64,000 bases of DNA, from NCBI GenBank assembly GCA_951406725.2, contig OX597836.1:20646001-20710000 (forward strand), written 5' to 3'. Below, piece by piece: positions 50,552 through 64,000 of the stretch. The position numbers and the translations under genes are program-made. The notes below the pieces were generated by a model, which was not told the DNA's origin, did no database searches, and saw only the letters and a list, made by a program, of their open reading frames with translations. Origin of the DNA: Octopus vulgaris. Lineage: Eukaryota. How positions within the stretch are numbered: the stretch's first letter is position 1; every line of letters starts with the position of its first letter.

Positions 50552-51853
50552 GACTATTGGTAATACTTGGGTTTGCCTGGGTTTATAGAACAAGTTCCCA
50601 AGAAAGCCACACAGTTTATGGACCCTTTTGAGATTTACACTGATGTAGTTACCATGGTATAAAACTGTGGCCCATTGAACTTGTTACAAACGGACGACTT
50701 TTATATCCAAAGTGTGTGTGTGTGTATGTACACACACACACATACACACACACACACACACACTGCAGTAATATATTCAGGTTTTTACTTCCCGCCAGAT
50801 TCTAAATCCAAACCTACTCATATCTCTACAGACATGTGTGTGCGTGTGTATGCATGTGTGTGTGTGCATGTGTGTGTGTGTGTGTGTGTTGTCACTATTA
50901 TTAAGATCTGGTTTTGTTGTTGTCGTTGCTTTTTTCCTTCCTCCCAGATTGAGTTACCTTCTTCACAGTCCTCCTTGTGACAAAACTGAGAGCAACTAGG
51001 AAAGTAAGAACTAAGGATGAGGAGGTCACCACAACAGTTCTACTAGAAATAGTCGCCTGCTATTTGGCAGTACACAATCAATTGATTCCAGCATCACCAG
51101 GACAGTAGTAGTAGTAGTGATGGTGGTGGTAGTGCTAGTGGTACTGGCGGTCATTGCTGCCAGCGCACACTTATATAAAATGTCAGATCAATGGCAAGTT
51201 GTAAAAAAAAGAGAGTAAAAGATATACCTATGTATGGAGAGAGAAACAGAGAGAACGGCAGAGAAAGGGGGGGAGAGAGAGAGAGATGGAGAGAGAGGGG
51301 ATAAAGAGAGAGAAAGAAGCTAAGCATGTTCTGTATGTGATAGGTAGAAGTTATCTGTGTACTGATGTTTGTGACTAACAGCTTTCTGGCCTGACTGCAC
51401 TACACTGCACTTAAAAGTACACTATTGTACCGTATACTATAATGTAGCATAATACTTTAGTATATTGTACTCAGACTGTACTTTACTTTCTGAGTTCAAA
51501 TCCCTCCTAAGTCAACTTTACCTTTCATCCTTTCTTGGCTGGATAAGATAAAGTAAATAAAGTACCAGTCAAATTCAGGCCTAATACCTATGCTACAAAC
51601 TACAAGCTAATCAGTAGTAATATCACACACCTACACACACAGACACACGTGCATACACCCATACACACACACACAAACACACATGCAATGGCAGGTGTGG
51701 CAATGTTGTTGAGAAGTTTGCATCCTAATCCAATGGTTTTGGGTTCAGTCCCACTTCATGGCACTTTGGGCAAGTGTCTGCCACTATAACCCCAAACCAA
51801 ACCACAGAGCCTTCAGTAGATTTGGTAAAGGGAAAACTGAAAGAAGCTCATTT

Positions 51854-51884
<31 letters not shown>

Positions 51885-52645
51885 GTGTGTGTATGTGTGT
51901 GTGTGTGTGTGTGTGTGTCCTTGTTTTGAAATCATGTGATAGTTGTAGATGAGTCTCACCGTCATACAAGCAGTGTCGTTCCTTTCTAATCTTTTGTGAA
52001 AACCTGTCCAGTCCGGGAGAATTATTGTCTTATTCAGAAACAGGTGAGGGTTGGCAACAAGAAGGGCATCCAACTGTAGAAAATCTCATCATCATCATCA
52101 TCATCATCTGGTTGTACTTATTGCATGGATTGCCATGACCCATTCTACCCAGTCTGTTTGGTCCACCATTGCACATGAAAGTCTTCTTGGGTCTTCTTGG
52201 GTGCACTCAGAGACCTTCCACAAATGCTTTATATTAGTTTGATGTGGTCTACCAACAATTTGCATACCTATGCTTTGCTTCCAAAGAGGACTGCTACAGT
52301 GATAGATTTTCTATGCCTATTACTAGCAATGTAGTAAATCTACCGCGACAATTTCTATCCAATCCATACAAACAAGGAAAAGTGGACATCAACATGACGA
52401 TGACGATGATGATGATGATGACACACACATACATAAATACAAGTCAGCTGTTACTTACGCATGAGTATAACCTGATAGTTCATACCATGCTTTTGCTAAT
52501 TGTTTTAGGCACCTATGTAGTTATGAGCAGATAGATTCCCTCTTGACTCTCCCCAGTGGCACATTGAGGAAGAGACAAGTGATGGGGAGGAGAGAGAGGG
52601 GAAAGGGAGAGAGAGAAGGGGAAGAGAGAGAAAGAGAGGGTGGTA

Positions 52646-52878
52646 CGGCGAGCTGGCAGAGACGTTAGCACGCGGGGCGAAATGCTTAGTGCAATTTCGT
52701 CTGCCGTTACGTTGTGAGTTCAAATTCCGCCAAGGTTGACTTTGCCTTTCATCCTTTTGGGGTCGATAAATTAAGTACCAGTTACGCACTGGGGTTGATA
52801 TAATCGACTTAATCCGTTTGTCTGTCCTTGTTTGTTCCCTCTGTGTTTAGCCCCTTGTGGGCAGTAAAGAAATAGGTA
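52646..52878 (+). mobile_element. Young SINE family B copy
   Basis: ggcgagctggcagagacgttagc ... agtaaagaaatag; short ggtac duplication at the ends. Confidence 0.9.
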
Positions 52879-55800
52879 CCAGTATTCAGCTGGTACTCAA
52901 TTTCAGTTGAATAGACTGAACCAACATGAAACGGAGATCAAAGCTCCGTTGCCGGCACATATTCTTGTTTGTTTGTTGTTGTTTTTGTTGGACTGATAAC
53001 TAGGACTGAGTGAGCTTTAGCCCTTCTGCCTGACGTATGGTTTCCATCCACACTGGGCTTAGATTGGGATATTGGTGTTACCATTTGTTGAACACTATGT
53101 TGGCCCTGACGGAGTAGACCTTTGATGCCAGACAATCTAGTTGTGACCATCTCACCATACTTTTTCAGATGTAGTGTACTTAGGACACCATATATGTAAA
53201 ATATTATTTTTATATTGAAATGTTAGAGCATGATATGAGGTAGAAATGGCTGCTTTATCTAGCAAGTTGAGCAAATGTGTAAGAGGTTCCTTTGTTTCCT
53301 AGTACCATGTGGTTAAAAGTTCACATCCTATCACCAGCACTATGTAACACTGTGTCCATCCATGACCAATGAGCCTAATTTCAATAAGCCAGTGAGGGAG
53401 CCTCCTAAGTGAAATAACAGCCTAATCTTCCTGAAACTGCACACTACTGCCTTAAAAACCACCCCCAAAAAATATAGAAAAAAAAAAGGGACACAGTGCA
53501 GGTCTTAACATACAAATAAACGATTGGAATAGCCTTCATCATATGTCTGATGAGGTTTACTAAGACCGAAAGATGTTCAAAGTTGTCTTCTGTATTTGCC
53601 AAAATAATTAAAATAATATTAGTTAGTGACTGATATTGTCTTTTCCTCACTGCATAATTATTTTTAATTAGCTTTGTTAATGATCATGGCATTAAATATG
53701 TTCATATATACTGTTATATTGAATATATGGGAAGGTATTATTCACGAGTATTTTGTCAGTTTGCAGTGTGAAGTTCAAGTTCTTCAACAGACCAAAAATA
53801 GGTCTCAAGAAGCACCACAAGGAATTCTCTCCAAAGAAATACTTAAACTGATTAGACTACAACACAGGAGGGGAGGGAGAGAAGGAAGGAAAGAAGGAAG
53901 GAAAGAAGGAAGGAAAGAAGGAAGTGATAAGGAGAAATGGGGAGTAGAAGGAGGAGAATAAAAGCAAGAAGGGGGAGAGGACAAGGAGATAAGAGAATGA
54001 AGTTAGAGGAGGAGAAAGAGGAGAGGAGAGAAGAAGAGATAATGAAAGAAAAGTGAAACAAGGGAAGAGATAGAGAGAAAGAGGAGAAGAGAGAGAGAGA
54101 GAGAGAGTCAAGGGGAGAGAAGGGAAAGAGCAATAGATAAACAGGAGAAAGAGGTAGAGGAGTAGTAGGAGGAGAAGACAAATAAAACCAGTCATTCCTG
54201 ACACAATATGGATCCTACAGGAGTTGGTAATTGGTCGTTATTGTGAGCAACTAATCTATTATTTAAATAGTCTTTTATTAATTATTTAAACCTAATCGGC
54301 CAGTATTATTACAATAAATAGCAACATCTTTAAAGGGGCAAAAAAATAATATATACACAATACATACAATATATATATACAATATATATATATATACATA
54401 CATATATAAGATGCAGGCTTGTCAACCACATGCTTTCAGGTTCAGTCCCATTGCATAGTACATCGGGCTAGTGTCTTCTATTATAGCACCAGGCTTTGTA
54501 AGTGGATTTGGTAGATATAAACTAAAACAAGCTTGTCATGTGATCGTGTGTGTTTGTGCATGTATGTATGCCTTTGTGTCTCCAAATCCCCCACCACCAC
54601 CACCACCACCAACCATAGCTTGATAATTAGTTTTGATTTGTTTATGACCCTGTGATTTAGTAGTTTGGCAAAAGTGATCAATAAAGTACAGGTTTTTAAA
54701 AATAAAAGGCACTGGAGTTGATTTGTTCACTTAAACCCTTCAAGGCAGTGCCTCAGAATGGCTGCAGTCCAAAGGCTGAAGCAAGATAAAAGCTGGTGCC
54801 ACTTAGAAAGCACCCAGTAAACTCTGTAAAGAAGTTGGCATTAGGAAAGTCATCTAGTCATAGAAACCATGCCAAAACAAATGGAGTTTGGTGTAGGCTC
54901 TCTGGCTTGCCAGCTCCTCCTGAATTGTCCAACCTATGCTAGCATGGAGAAAGGACATTAATGATGATAAATGATGATATATATATATGTGGAGGTGCGT
55001 AGCTTAGTGGTTAGGATGTTGCACTTATGATCATAAGACTGTGGTGTCAATTCCTGGAACCGGCCAATGCAGTGTTTCATATTACTCAGTCCATTCAACT
55101 GGCCAAAAATGGGCAATAATCCAGCAATGAACTAGCATCCTATCCAGATGGGAAATATATATACTACAGAAGCTGGTAAACCGGCCTCATAGTTCAAGAG
55201 GAATGACTTTTGACCATTGTTTTTTACTATATATTTATATACACATTATATATATATATATATACACACATGTGCATATTTAGGGCTAAATATGGATAAC
55301 CATATGCAAGAAGATCACATACGATCTAACTACAAAGAAAGAATGTTCTGCAGAGAAATTAATATTCAATTTATCTCCCTCATTATTGAAAAAAAAAAAA
55401 TATATATATATATATATTGACTGCAAGCTATGTAGGGAATTTGATACTGTTTGTTAGTGGAGTATTGAATATGTTTTGATAGAATGCTGACTACAACAGG
55501 TGAAAACTGGTTTCATTTCCTTTTGAAAAATCTTTCAAAGAAATAGCTAATGTACACTGGTCACAATCAGTATTTTACCATTTTCTAATAAGGAATCAAT
55601 TTCTATTAAGCCTGCAGGCTAACTATGACATCAGTGATTTTTCAATTGCAATTTTTCTGTATCAGTAGACGCTAAATCTATTTTAGTTTCTGACTGCAAG
55701 AGGATATTTTTTACTGATGGGTCCCAACAAAGCAGAAATACACATTTTGCAAAGCCACCGATACTGCCAGCTGTTTTTGTCAGCTACTGGCGATATATTA

Positions 55801-56880
55801 CTGTTTTTTTTTAACACTATATGCCTTTAAACGATGCTATCTTGAGAGGAATACTGCATTTTTAGGCTTTAAGTATTATATACAGATTGTTATTTTGAAC
55901 TAATACGGCTCCCATCACATATACATACATATATGATGGACTCTCCTGTCGAAGATAATGTATGAGCACTCAGCTTTTGCTAAACGACCAGCCTAAATGA
56001 TTTGTTTACAGTGATCAAATGTTCATGCCACACATTAGCTCACCCTCTCCATCAAATTGATGTTCCATGGACAGGTGCACAGCGTATCATGCATCAGGTG
56101 TCAAAGTGATCGCAGAACAACAGGAGATGAAATATTTTACTCAAGAATACAACACACCACCTGATCTAGGAATTGAAACCACGATTGTTAGATATTGAGT
56201 GCAACACCTTAACCACTAAGCCATACACCTTAAAAAAAATACATATATATATATATATATATATATAAACATGCACAGAGACATGTATGCACATACACAC
56301 ACATACACATGAGTATACACATACAGGTATGTGTAATGCAAATATGCACAAACACTACTCACATTAAAAAAAAACATATGTTGTCTTTAAACATGGCTAC
56401 CATGCAGCTAGAGCACTCACAGCCTCTCCAAATGTTAGGCCCCATTATCAATAAGGATCTCACCAGATATGAGTAGATCCTTAACATAGCTCAAGCTGCA
56501 TTCTAGCAACTGGCCCTTCCATTTAGGGCTAGAAAATACTTCAGTCTCAAACAAATACTGACATTATACAAAACTCAATTTAGGCCCCAATGGAGTATTG
56601 CTCTCACATTTCAAATGCTGCTTCCATTACACTCATCTTAGACTGCATCTAGAGAAAGGCAGCTTGATTGAATGGTATAAAATCATTCACAGAAACACTC
56701 CACCCTCTGATCCACAGACATGCTGTGCCTCTCTCCGTCTTTTCTACTGGTACTATAACGGCCTCTGTTTCTCAGAATGCTTGGTCTTGTCCTACCCTTA
56801 CTCAGCCACTTTTAACTCACTCCTCTTTTCTCATCTCATCACAAATGTCATGCACAACTCCCTCAGGCACCCTACTAACC

Positions 56881-57108
56881 TATTTCTTTATTACCCACAA
56901 GGGGCTAAACACAGAGCGGACAAACAAGGACAGACATAGGTATTAAGTCGATTACATTGACTCCAGTGTGTGACTGGTACTTAATTTATCGACCCCGAAC
57001 GGATGAAAAGCAAAGTCGACCTCGGCGGAATTTGAACTCACAACGTAACGCAGACGAAATACCGCTAAGCATTTCGCCCGGCGTGCTAACGTTTCTGCCA
57101 GCTCGCCG
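56881..57108 (-). mobile_element. Young SINE family B copy with 11-bp TSD
   Basis: CCCTACTAACC at 56870-56880 and 57109-57119. Confidence 0.92.
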
Positions 57109-57499
57109 CCCTACTAACCATTAACCCCAGTCCCTTCCCCCCAAAACATCATCTCTCTGGAACTCTCCCAAAGCTCATGTTCTTTAAAAAGAACCCAAAC
57201 AATATCAATTTACCAATTTTAGATGGAATCCAAACGATCTGAGTCACTACACATTCCTCAACATCCAACAAGTAAAACAAACACATGTATACACATTAAG
57301 TGTGTGTACATAGTATTTATATATGTGCCTGTAGTATACACGCACACATTGCGTCAGTGTTTATACACACACACATTTTGATCTGTCTGTATGTAAGTGT
57401 CTCTGCATGTGTGTCTAAAAATGTCTGTACAGGTATACATATGCACAAAAGTACAATGCACATATGCTGCCCATGAACATGCATGCATGCACATGTGCA

Positions 57500-57536
57500 T
57501 ACACACACGCACACAGAGAAACATGCACTCATACAG

Positions 57537-57567
<31 letters not shown>

Positions 57568-57573
57568 CATGCA

Positions 57574-57609
<36 letters not shown>

Positions 57610-57658
57610 CATGCACTCACACACACACACACACACACAGAAACATGCACTCATGCAG

Positions 57659-57691
<33 letters not shown>

Positions 57692-57697
57692 CATGCA

Positions 57698-57765
<68 letters not shown>

Positions 57766-57768
57766 CAT

Positions 57769-57803
<35 letters not shown>

Positions 57804-57826
57804 CATGCACTCACACAGACACACAT
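57500..57826. repeat. (CA)n-based minisatellite punctuated by AGAAACATGCAC
   Basis: Seven copies of the motif separated by (CA)n of variable length. Confidence 0.93.
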
Positions 57827-58167
57827 GCCAACAAATCAAAGTAAAATTGAGATGCTAATTCAGCTACATTCTGAATGAGATACAAAACTGTTTAATTAAG
57901 TAATTAAGAAATTCATTAATTAATTAACACTGCTTCATTAAATCTATACATTCTTACAACCTGTGATGTAAGTACCAATACAGACAACTAATAAGGAGAC
58001 TCTTGTTACCAATCAAGTGTGACACCAACTACATGCAATGCCATATTATTCAGCACATCTCTTCTACTATACTGTGTTGTAATAGTTGCTCTACATGCTA
58101 AAAACAGCAGCCAAATATCCTTTAAATTATATTCTATTGCCTTAAGTAAAGAAAAGTATATAGGGTA

Positions 58168-58650
58168 ATCATCATCATCATCATGATCGTTTAACGTCCG
58201 CTTTCCATGCTAGCATGGGTTGGACGATTTGACTGAGGACTGGCGAACCAGATGGTTGCACCAAGCTCCAATCTGATCTTGCAGAGTTTCTACAGCTTGA
58301 TGCCCTTCCTAACGCCAACCACTCCAAGAGTGTAGTGGGTGCTTTTTATGTGCCACCGGCACAAGGGCCAGTATTGGTGATACTGGCAACAGCCAGGCTC
58401 AAATGGTACTTTTTTGCGCCACCTGCACAGGAGTCAGTCCAGTGACACTGGCAACGAACTCGCTCAAATGTTTTTCACGTGCCACCAGCACAAGTGCCAG
58501 TAAGGCGAGCAGGTAACGATCACGCTCGAATGGTGTTTTTAACGCGCCATCGGCACAGAGGCCAGCTTGTTGTTTTGGCAACGATCTCACTTGTATGGTA
58601 CTCTTAGCGCACCACTAGCACGGATGCCAGTCGTTAAATTTGATTTCGAT
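58168..58650 (-). mobile_element. Family C element with about five internal ~50-60-bp subrepeats
   Basis: (cat)n-cgtttaacgtccgctttccatgctagc head, then repeated tggtg.ttttta.g.gccacc.gcac...gccagt...tggcaac units. Confidence 0.82.
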
Positions 58651-60069
58651 TTCCATATACAAAATGATGTGATGGATAGTAACTGTCCTTCATATTATTG
58701 TGGGTTTCTGATGATGAGAGTTAGAGAGGAGTATCTGTGACTACATGTGGAGGAAGTCCTTGCTTGAAGAGTCTGTTCAGTCTTGGCTGGGGATTTAGGG
58801 GCTTAAATGACAAAAAACAACAACAAACTTATGAAAGAGAAGACGAAGGAAAAGAACAGTAGAGTGTAAAACCAAATTAGAAATTATTGACTTAGTGCTT
58901 TACAGAACAGAGACTGAATAATCGAAGTTGAGAATAAATCAATGAACCAATCAAATGACCGTCACCACACCACCACCACTATTTAATCTCACTCAATATT
59001 CCTCTCTCTTTCTCTCTCATTTTTGCTTCTTTTTTGGTTTTTTGTGACATTCATCTTACAGTTTGGCAACTGTTGGATTGAAATGCAAGCTTAAAACATC
59101 AATTATTGTTATAATGATTGTTATTATATAGGAAGGAGGTGCACTGTTAGAGTTGGTATGCACACAAATTGGATGAGATTCAAATAAATGAAGCACTCAT
59201 AGTGGTCATCTGCATGATAGAAATCATTTGCGATAATCATAAAGGATTCAAATTTTAGCATGAAGTTAGCAAGTTTAGGGAGAGGGAGTAAGTTGATTAC
59301 ATTGACCCCAGTGATCAACTGGTACTTATTCTATCAATCCTGAATGGCTAAAAAGCAAAGTGGACCTTAGCAGCATTTGAACTTGAATGTAAAGAGCCAG
59401 AAGAAATGCTGCTAAGCATTAACAGAACTGTTTATTCATTGCCTTATGAATAATAAAAATAATAACAGTTTCAAATTTAAGTACAAGACTAGCAATTTTG
59501 CAGGGATGGTAAGTCAATTACATTGACCCCAGTGCTCAACTGGTACTTATTTTATTGACTCTGAAACAATCTAATGGTTCTGCCAGAGCTGGCAGAATCA
59601 ACGGCTTTGAAAACATGACTGAATATTTTCAAACTGTTCCAAACAAGGTATAAAGAAATGACAAGGAATCATGAAAAGTCCTTAATAAATTAAGGATAAA
59701 ACTTTAACGTAGTTATGTTTTTAATGGAGAGTATGTTTGGCCGAAAAGTTGTCCCCTAGTTACACACACATCTAGGGAACGGTATTCAGGTACACATTTC
59801 AGTTGAGTAGACTGCAGCAATGTAAAATGAAGTGCTTTGCTGAAGGACACAATAAACTGTTTGGTTTGGGAACTGAAACCCTAGCCTTATAGTGGTGAGC
59901 TCAAAACTCTAATCCACAAGGCCATGCATCTATCAAATGGTTAGGATTTTAGATTCTGTACAAGGCAGACAAACAATTCTTTCATTGATTTTTTACATAT
60001 ACCAACTTCTTTTACAATGGAATTAAACTAAATACCACAATTTGATCATATGAGTCTCTTTCAGTTTCT

Positions 60070-60303
60070 TATTTCTTTATTGGCCACAAGGGGCTAAACA
60101 TAGAGGGGACAAACAAGGATAGACAAAGGGATTAAGTCGATTATATCAACCCCAGTGCATAACTGGTACTTAATTTATCAACACCAAAAGGATGAAAGGC
60201 AAAGTTGACCTCGGTGGAATTTGAACTCAGAACGTAACAGCAGACGAAATACCGCTAAGCATTTCGCCCGGTGTGCTAACGTTTCTGCCAGCTTGCCACC
60301 TTA
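60070..60303 (-). mobile_element. Young SINE family B copy nested in a SINE A remnant, 13-bp TSD
   Basis: TCTTTCAGTTTCT at 60057-60069 and 60304-60316. Confidence 0.9.
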
Positions 60304-62995
60304 TCTTTCAGTTTCTGCCTACCAAACCCACTCAAAGCTTTCGTCAGCCCAGGGCTATTACAGAAGACACTTACCTAATGTGCCACACAGTAGGACTAAA
60401 CCCAAAACCACTACAAAAAATTTTAAATATTGTAGAATTTCCTTCTGGATTTGGATTATGAAGAAATATTAAAGTTACAGAAAAAAAAAAGCATAAAAAC
60501 TATTGAATACTCAATAATTATATTTAATTTAACTAGTCATGTATCTCGTCTTGTGAATGTCATGGCAACCTTATTGGTGCTGGTCTTGGTGTCAGCAAAA
60601 GAAACCAATAGACTATGCACTGAACTTAAAGTAAAAGTATGTGTTGGGGGTTGATTTGTTTGACTAAAATTCTTCAAGGGGATGCCCCAGCAGCCAAATG
60701 ACTGAAACAAGTAAAAAATAAAAAAATAAACTAATAATAGGATTTCCTTACAAAAACAAAATTATCTGCTCACCAAATGTTAAAACAACTTGTTGCTTTC
60801 ATTATAATTAAATACCTGAAGACCAGTATTATTTAAACTTATAATTACACTCAGCTTACACAAATGAGCATATTTCATTTAGATAACAAATGTAAGCACA
60901 GCAAGAGTAAGAGCAATACAAATGTTAAACAATGTTGATTGAAGCCAGAAATTTAAACTTTTACAGCCATGAACATTGGAAGCTGGAAGTGTATAAAAAT
61001 AAAGAAAGGCAAAAAGCCACACGTGCACAAATACAAACTATTTCATAGGCAGTACATCTAGCACAGCTTGAACCATAAAGATTCTTTGATGACTTAAAGC
61101 TATAGAGAAATCAACACAGTTACTTAGAGGAAATAATTTCTTTTTTTAAAATCTAATGCACCAAATATCTTCCTTTTTTTTAAATTTATTTATTTATTAA
61201 TAAGTGACCATATTCTCATACAGTTTGTAGTTTCCTGACTTTAAAGAAGCATGGCAGTGCCAGCAGAAAAAGAGCAAAACATTTTGCCAAGCACACTGAG
61301 CAAAACATAAGCTAGCTGAAGAGATTAGATAAAACCACTTGTGAACCTCATGAGCCTGTCATCATGAGCTGATAATGTGTTTTTTTACCCAACGTACGAA
61401 GTCTTCCTTTGAAACAGGAGCACAAGTTTTGCATTACTTCAGAGTTTCATACGTAATTCATAGAACACTAACTGCAAAACAGTTTTTTTTTTCATTCTTT
61501 GCGTTTTCTTTTTTTTCTTTTTCTTTCTGAAGAATTTGTAAAATATCCAACAGGACGAAACAGCTAGTGGTGTTTTCACCAATTTTCACTGTTAAGTCTA
61601 AAAATTCTTTAATTCAATGGTGATGCCATAACGAGATTATTTTGTTTTCATATTTTATCCATATAACTTGTTGTAGTGTAATCTTAAGTTGAATTCATAA
61701 AACTCAACATGTACTTCAAAATCCCTTGGATGAGAAATGCATTTAAATTATCACTTCAACTGCTAGAAATAGCAACAGAAGTTCCATCAAATTCTATCCT
61801 GCTGTCTTAGAAAAGGACATATCAGACACTGTAGTGCTAGATATAAAAAAATACTGGATGGTCATAGCTGGAAAGTTCTTGATTATAGATTCAACAGGGC
61901 TGACACGGGTCTAGACAATAACAACAAACAACTAAGAATACTTTTGTTGCTCCTCAGAGTGAAAGTGAAAGTTCCATGTAACGGGAAATCCTAACCAGAG
62001 CCTCCACTGGTCAAAGTTAACCAAGTATTTGTACTTATATGTGCAAGTTGGTGGTGGGTGAGGTGAAGACTAGCAGTGGCTTAATGTGTAAATCTCCCTT
62101 CATTATGTCACCAGTGTTGTCCAAGGAAAAGGCTAGCCTTAAAGACTAAAACACCTGTAATTGACTAACAGGTGGGTCAATGTTTATTGACTAAATCCCT
62201 CCCACTAAAATTAGCGGCCTTGTACTAAAATTTGAAACTATTATCATAGTTGTGAAGAAATGTTAGAATGTTCTTAAGTTTAGTTTAGCCATCATGGTTA
62301 AGACCATGATACAGCACCTGAATTAAATATTTTTTATGTTAGAGTGTGTGTCCCTTGCTGGGTATGCACCTGAATTCTAAATTTTACCTAAGGATTATGC
62401 TGTCTTCTCATGCTTCCTTTTACTATTGTATTTACACTATGATTATCTATATTTATAAAATATATATGATATATATATATATGAATACATGTAGGTATGT
62501 GTATAAATGTATCATTTATAATATAACATATACAAGCATATATTCATAGTATATATATTCTCCTGTCTAATGTATGTAATGTATATACATTATATATGAC
62601 AAATGTACACTAATATCAATGGGTATGTGTATATACATTAATCTATGTGTGTATGTGTATAAATAAACACACTAACACACACACAGAGATTAATGTATAT
62701 ACTGCTACCTAAATACATTATTTATATATACATATGATATATACAGCCCTATGTCTGCAACTTTGATGCCTTGCATATGACTAAAGAGAATCAATACACT
62801 GTTTTTCCCAAAAGGTTCAGAGAGAGAGGGAAAGAAAAAAGAGATAGATAGAGAGACAAAGAAGAGAGAGAGACAAAGACAAAGAGGAGAGAGACAAAGA
62901 CAAAGAGGAGAGAGAGAGAGAGAGGAAGAGTTCATACAGAAAGCCATAACAAGTAGAAATATATATCTATATATATATATTATATTCATACATAC

Positions 62996-63070
<75 letters not shown>

Positions 63071-63154
63071 TACACACACGTATAAATGTATATATAAAAT
63101 GTGTAAAGCATAAAACAAAATTTCATGGTAAAATGAGAAGAGAAGCCAACTTAC

Positions 63155-63397
63155 ATCCTGATCTGCTGGGGGTATATTGGCCGACAACGGTAATGGTTTT
63201 GCTACACCGATGACAACAGTTCCTCTTGGAGCCCCTTTCAGTGCCTGGACAGCATCATCCAAAGTAGCATGTTCCAAATTGACATCATTAACAAAAACTA
63301 ACCTGTCACCTGGTAACAACCGCCCGTCCAGTTGTGCCACACCACCAGGGACAAGACTTTTGATCACAATTACTGTCTCAGCAGGGTTTACGGGGTC
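63155..63397 (-). CDS. MPDZ: Coding exon of an MPDZ/MUPP1-PATJ-like multi-PDZ protein: most of the PDZ5-equivalent domain (81 aa, phase 0-0)
   Basis: Acceptor ttttcttttcttgccaaatccag| and donor GAT|gtaagt. Translates DPVNPAETVIVIKSLVPGGVAQLDGRLLPGDRLVFVNDVNLEHATLDDAVQALKGAPRGTVVIGVAKPLPLSANIPPADQD, closely matching the MPDZ/PATJ PDZ5 pattern as recalled (DP.DP..TVI.IRSLVPGG.A..DGRLLPGDRL.FVNDVNLE...L..AV.ALKGAP.G.V.IGVAKPLP). The MPDZ versus PATJ label cannot be settled from this window. Confidence 0.93.
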
Positions 63398-63555
63398 CTG
63401 GATTTGGCAAGAAAAGAAAATAGATATATATATATGAAAATGGCACCGAATACACCTTGATTGTGTAAAGAGCTGTTTGCAAGCATTTGGTTTAAATCAC
63501 TAGAATTGTGTGTTTGAGCATGTGTTCATACACACACATCTATATTATAAAAAAT

Positions 63556-63956
63556 ATGGCTGTGTGGTAAGTAGCATGCTTACCAACCACATGGTTCCGG
63601 GTTCAGTCCCACTGCATGGCACCTTGGGAAAGTGCCTTCTACTATAGCCTCGGGCTGACCAAAGCCCTGTGAGTGGATTTGGTAGACGGAAACTGAAAGA
63701 AATCCGTCGTATATATGTATATATATGTATGCATGTGTGTATATGTTTGTGTGTCTGTGTTTGTCCCCCAAACATCGCTTGACAACCGATGGTGGTGGGT
63801 TTACATCCCCGTAACTTAGCGGTTCGGCAAAAAGCAACCGATAGAATAAGTACTAGGCTTACAAAGAATAAGTCCTGGGATCGATTTGCTCGACCAAAGA
63901 CGGTGCTCCAACATGGCCACAGTCAAGTGACTGAAACAAGTAAAAGAGTAAAGAGT
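63556..63956 (+). mobile_element. Young SINE family A copy
   Basis: Near full length and highly similar to the 24724 copy. Confidence 0.92.
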
Positions 63957-64000
63957 ATTAGTGATAGGGGCAATATTAATACTAAGAGATAATATTTATC

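Overview
AT-rich, microsatellite- and SINE-dense eukaryotic DNA, most likely an octopus (coleoid cephalopod) genome; this is inferred from the repeat families and was not tested. The whole window lies inside one large minus-strand gene encoding a multi-PDZ scaffold of the MPDZ/MUPP1-PATJ family. Six phase-compatible coding exons can be read (63397-63155, 48542-47664, 34626-34513, 28435-28192, 24445-24244, 19019-18912), covering most of the PDZ5-equivalent domain, a long low-complexity linker and the PDZ6-equivalent domain. The introns contain several SINE families, two RTE-type LINE 3' ends, non-autonomous Helitron, piggyBac-like and hAT-like elements, fold-back elements and compound satellites. 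The most striking feature is a (TA)n-flanked tandem array of about 2.4 near-identical ~594-bp units (41734-43176). Each unit junction carries a type I hammerhead ribozyme with an unusually long stem II and a minimal stem III (palindromic in two of three copies), which is a retrozyme/Penelope-like arrangement predicted to release a 593-nt circularisable RNA. A decayed hammerhead of the same architecture but different sequence lies at 4443-4528 on the minus strand. Nearly all ORFs in the supplied track are microsatellite or SINE artefacts.
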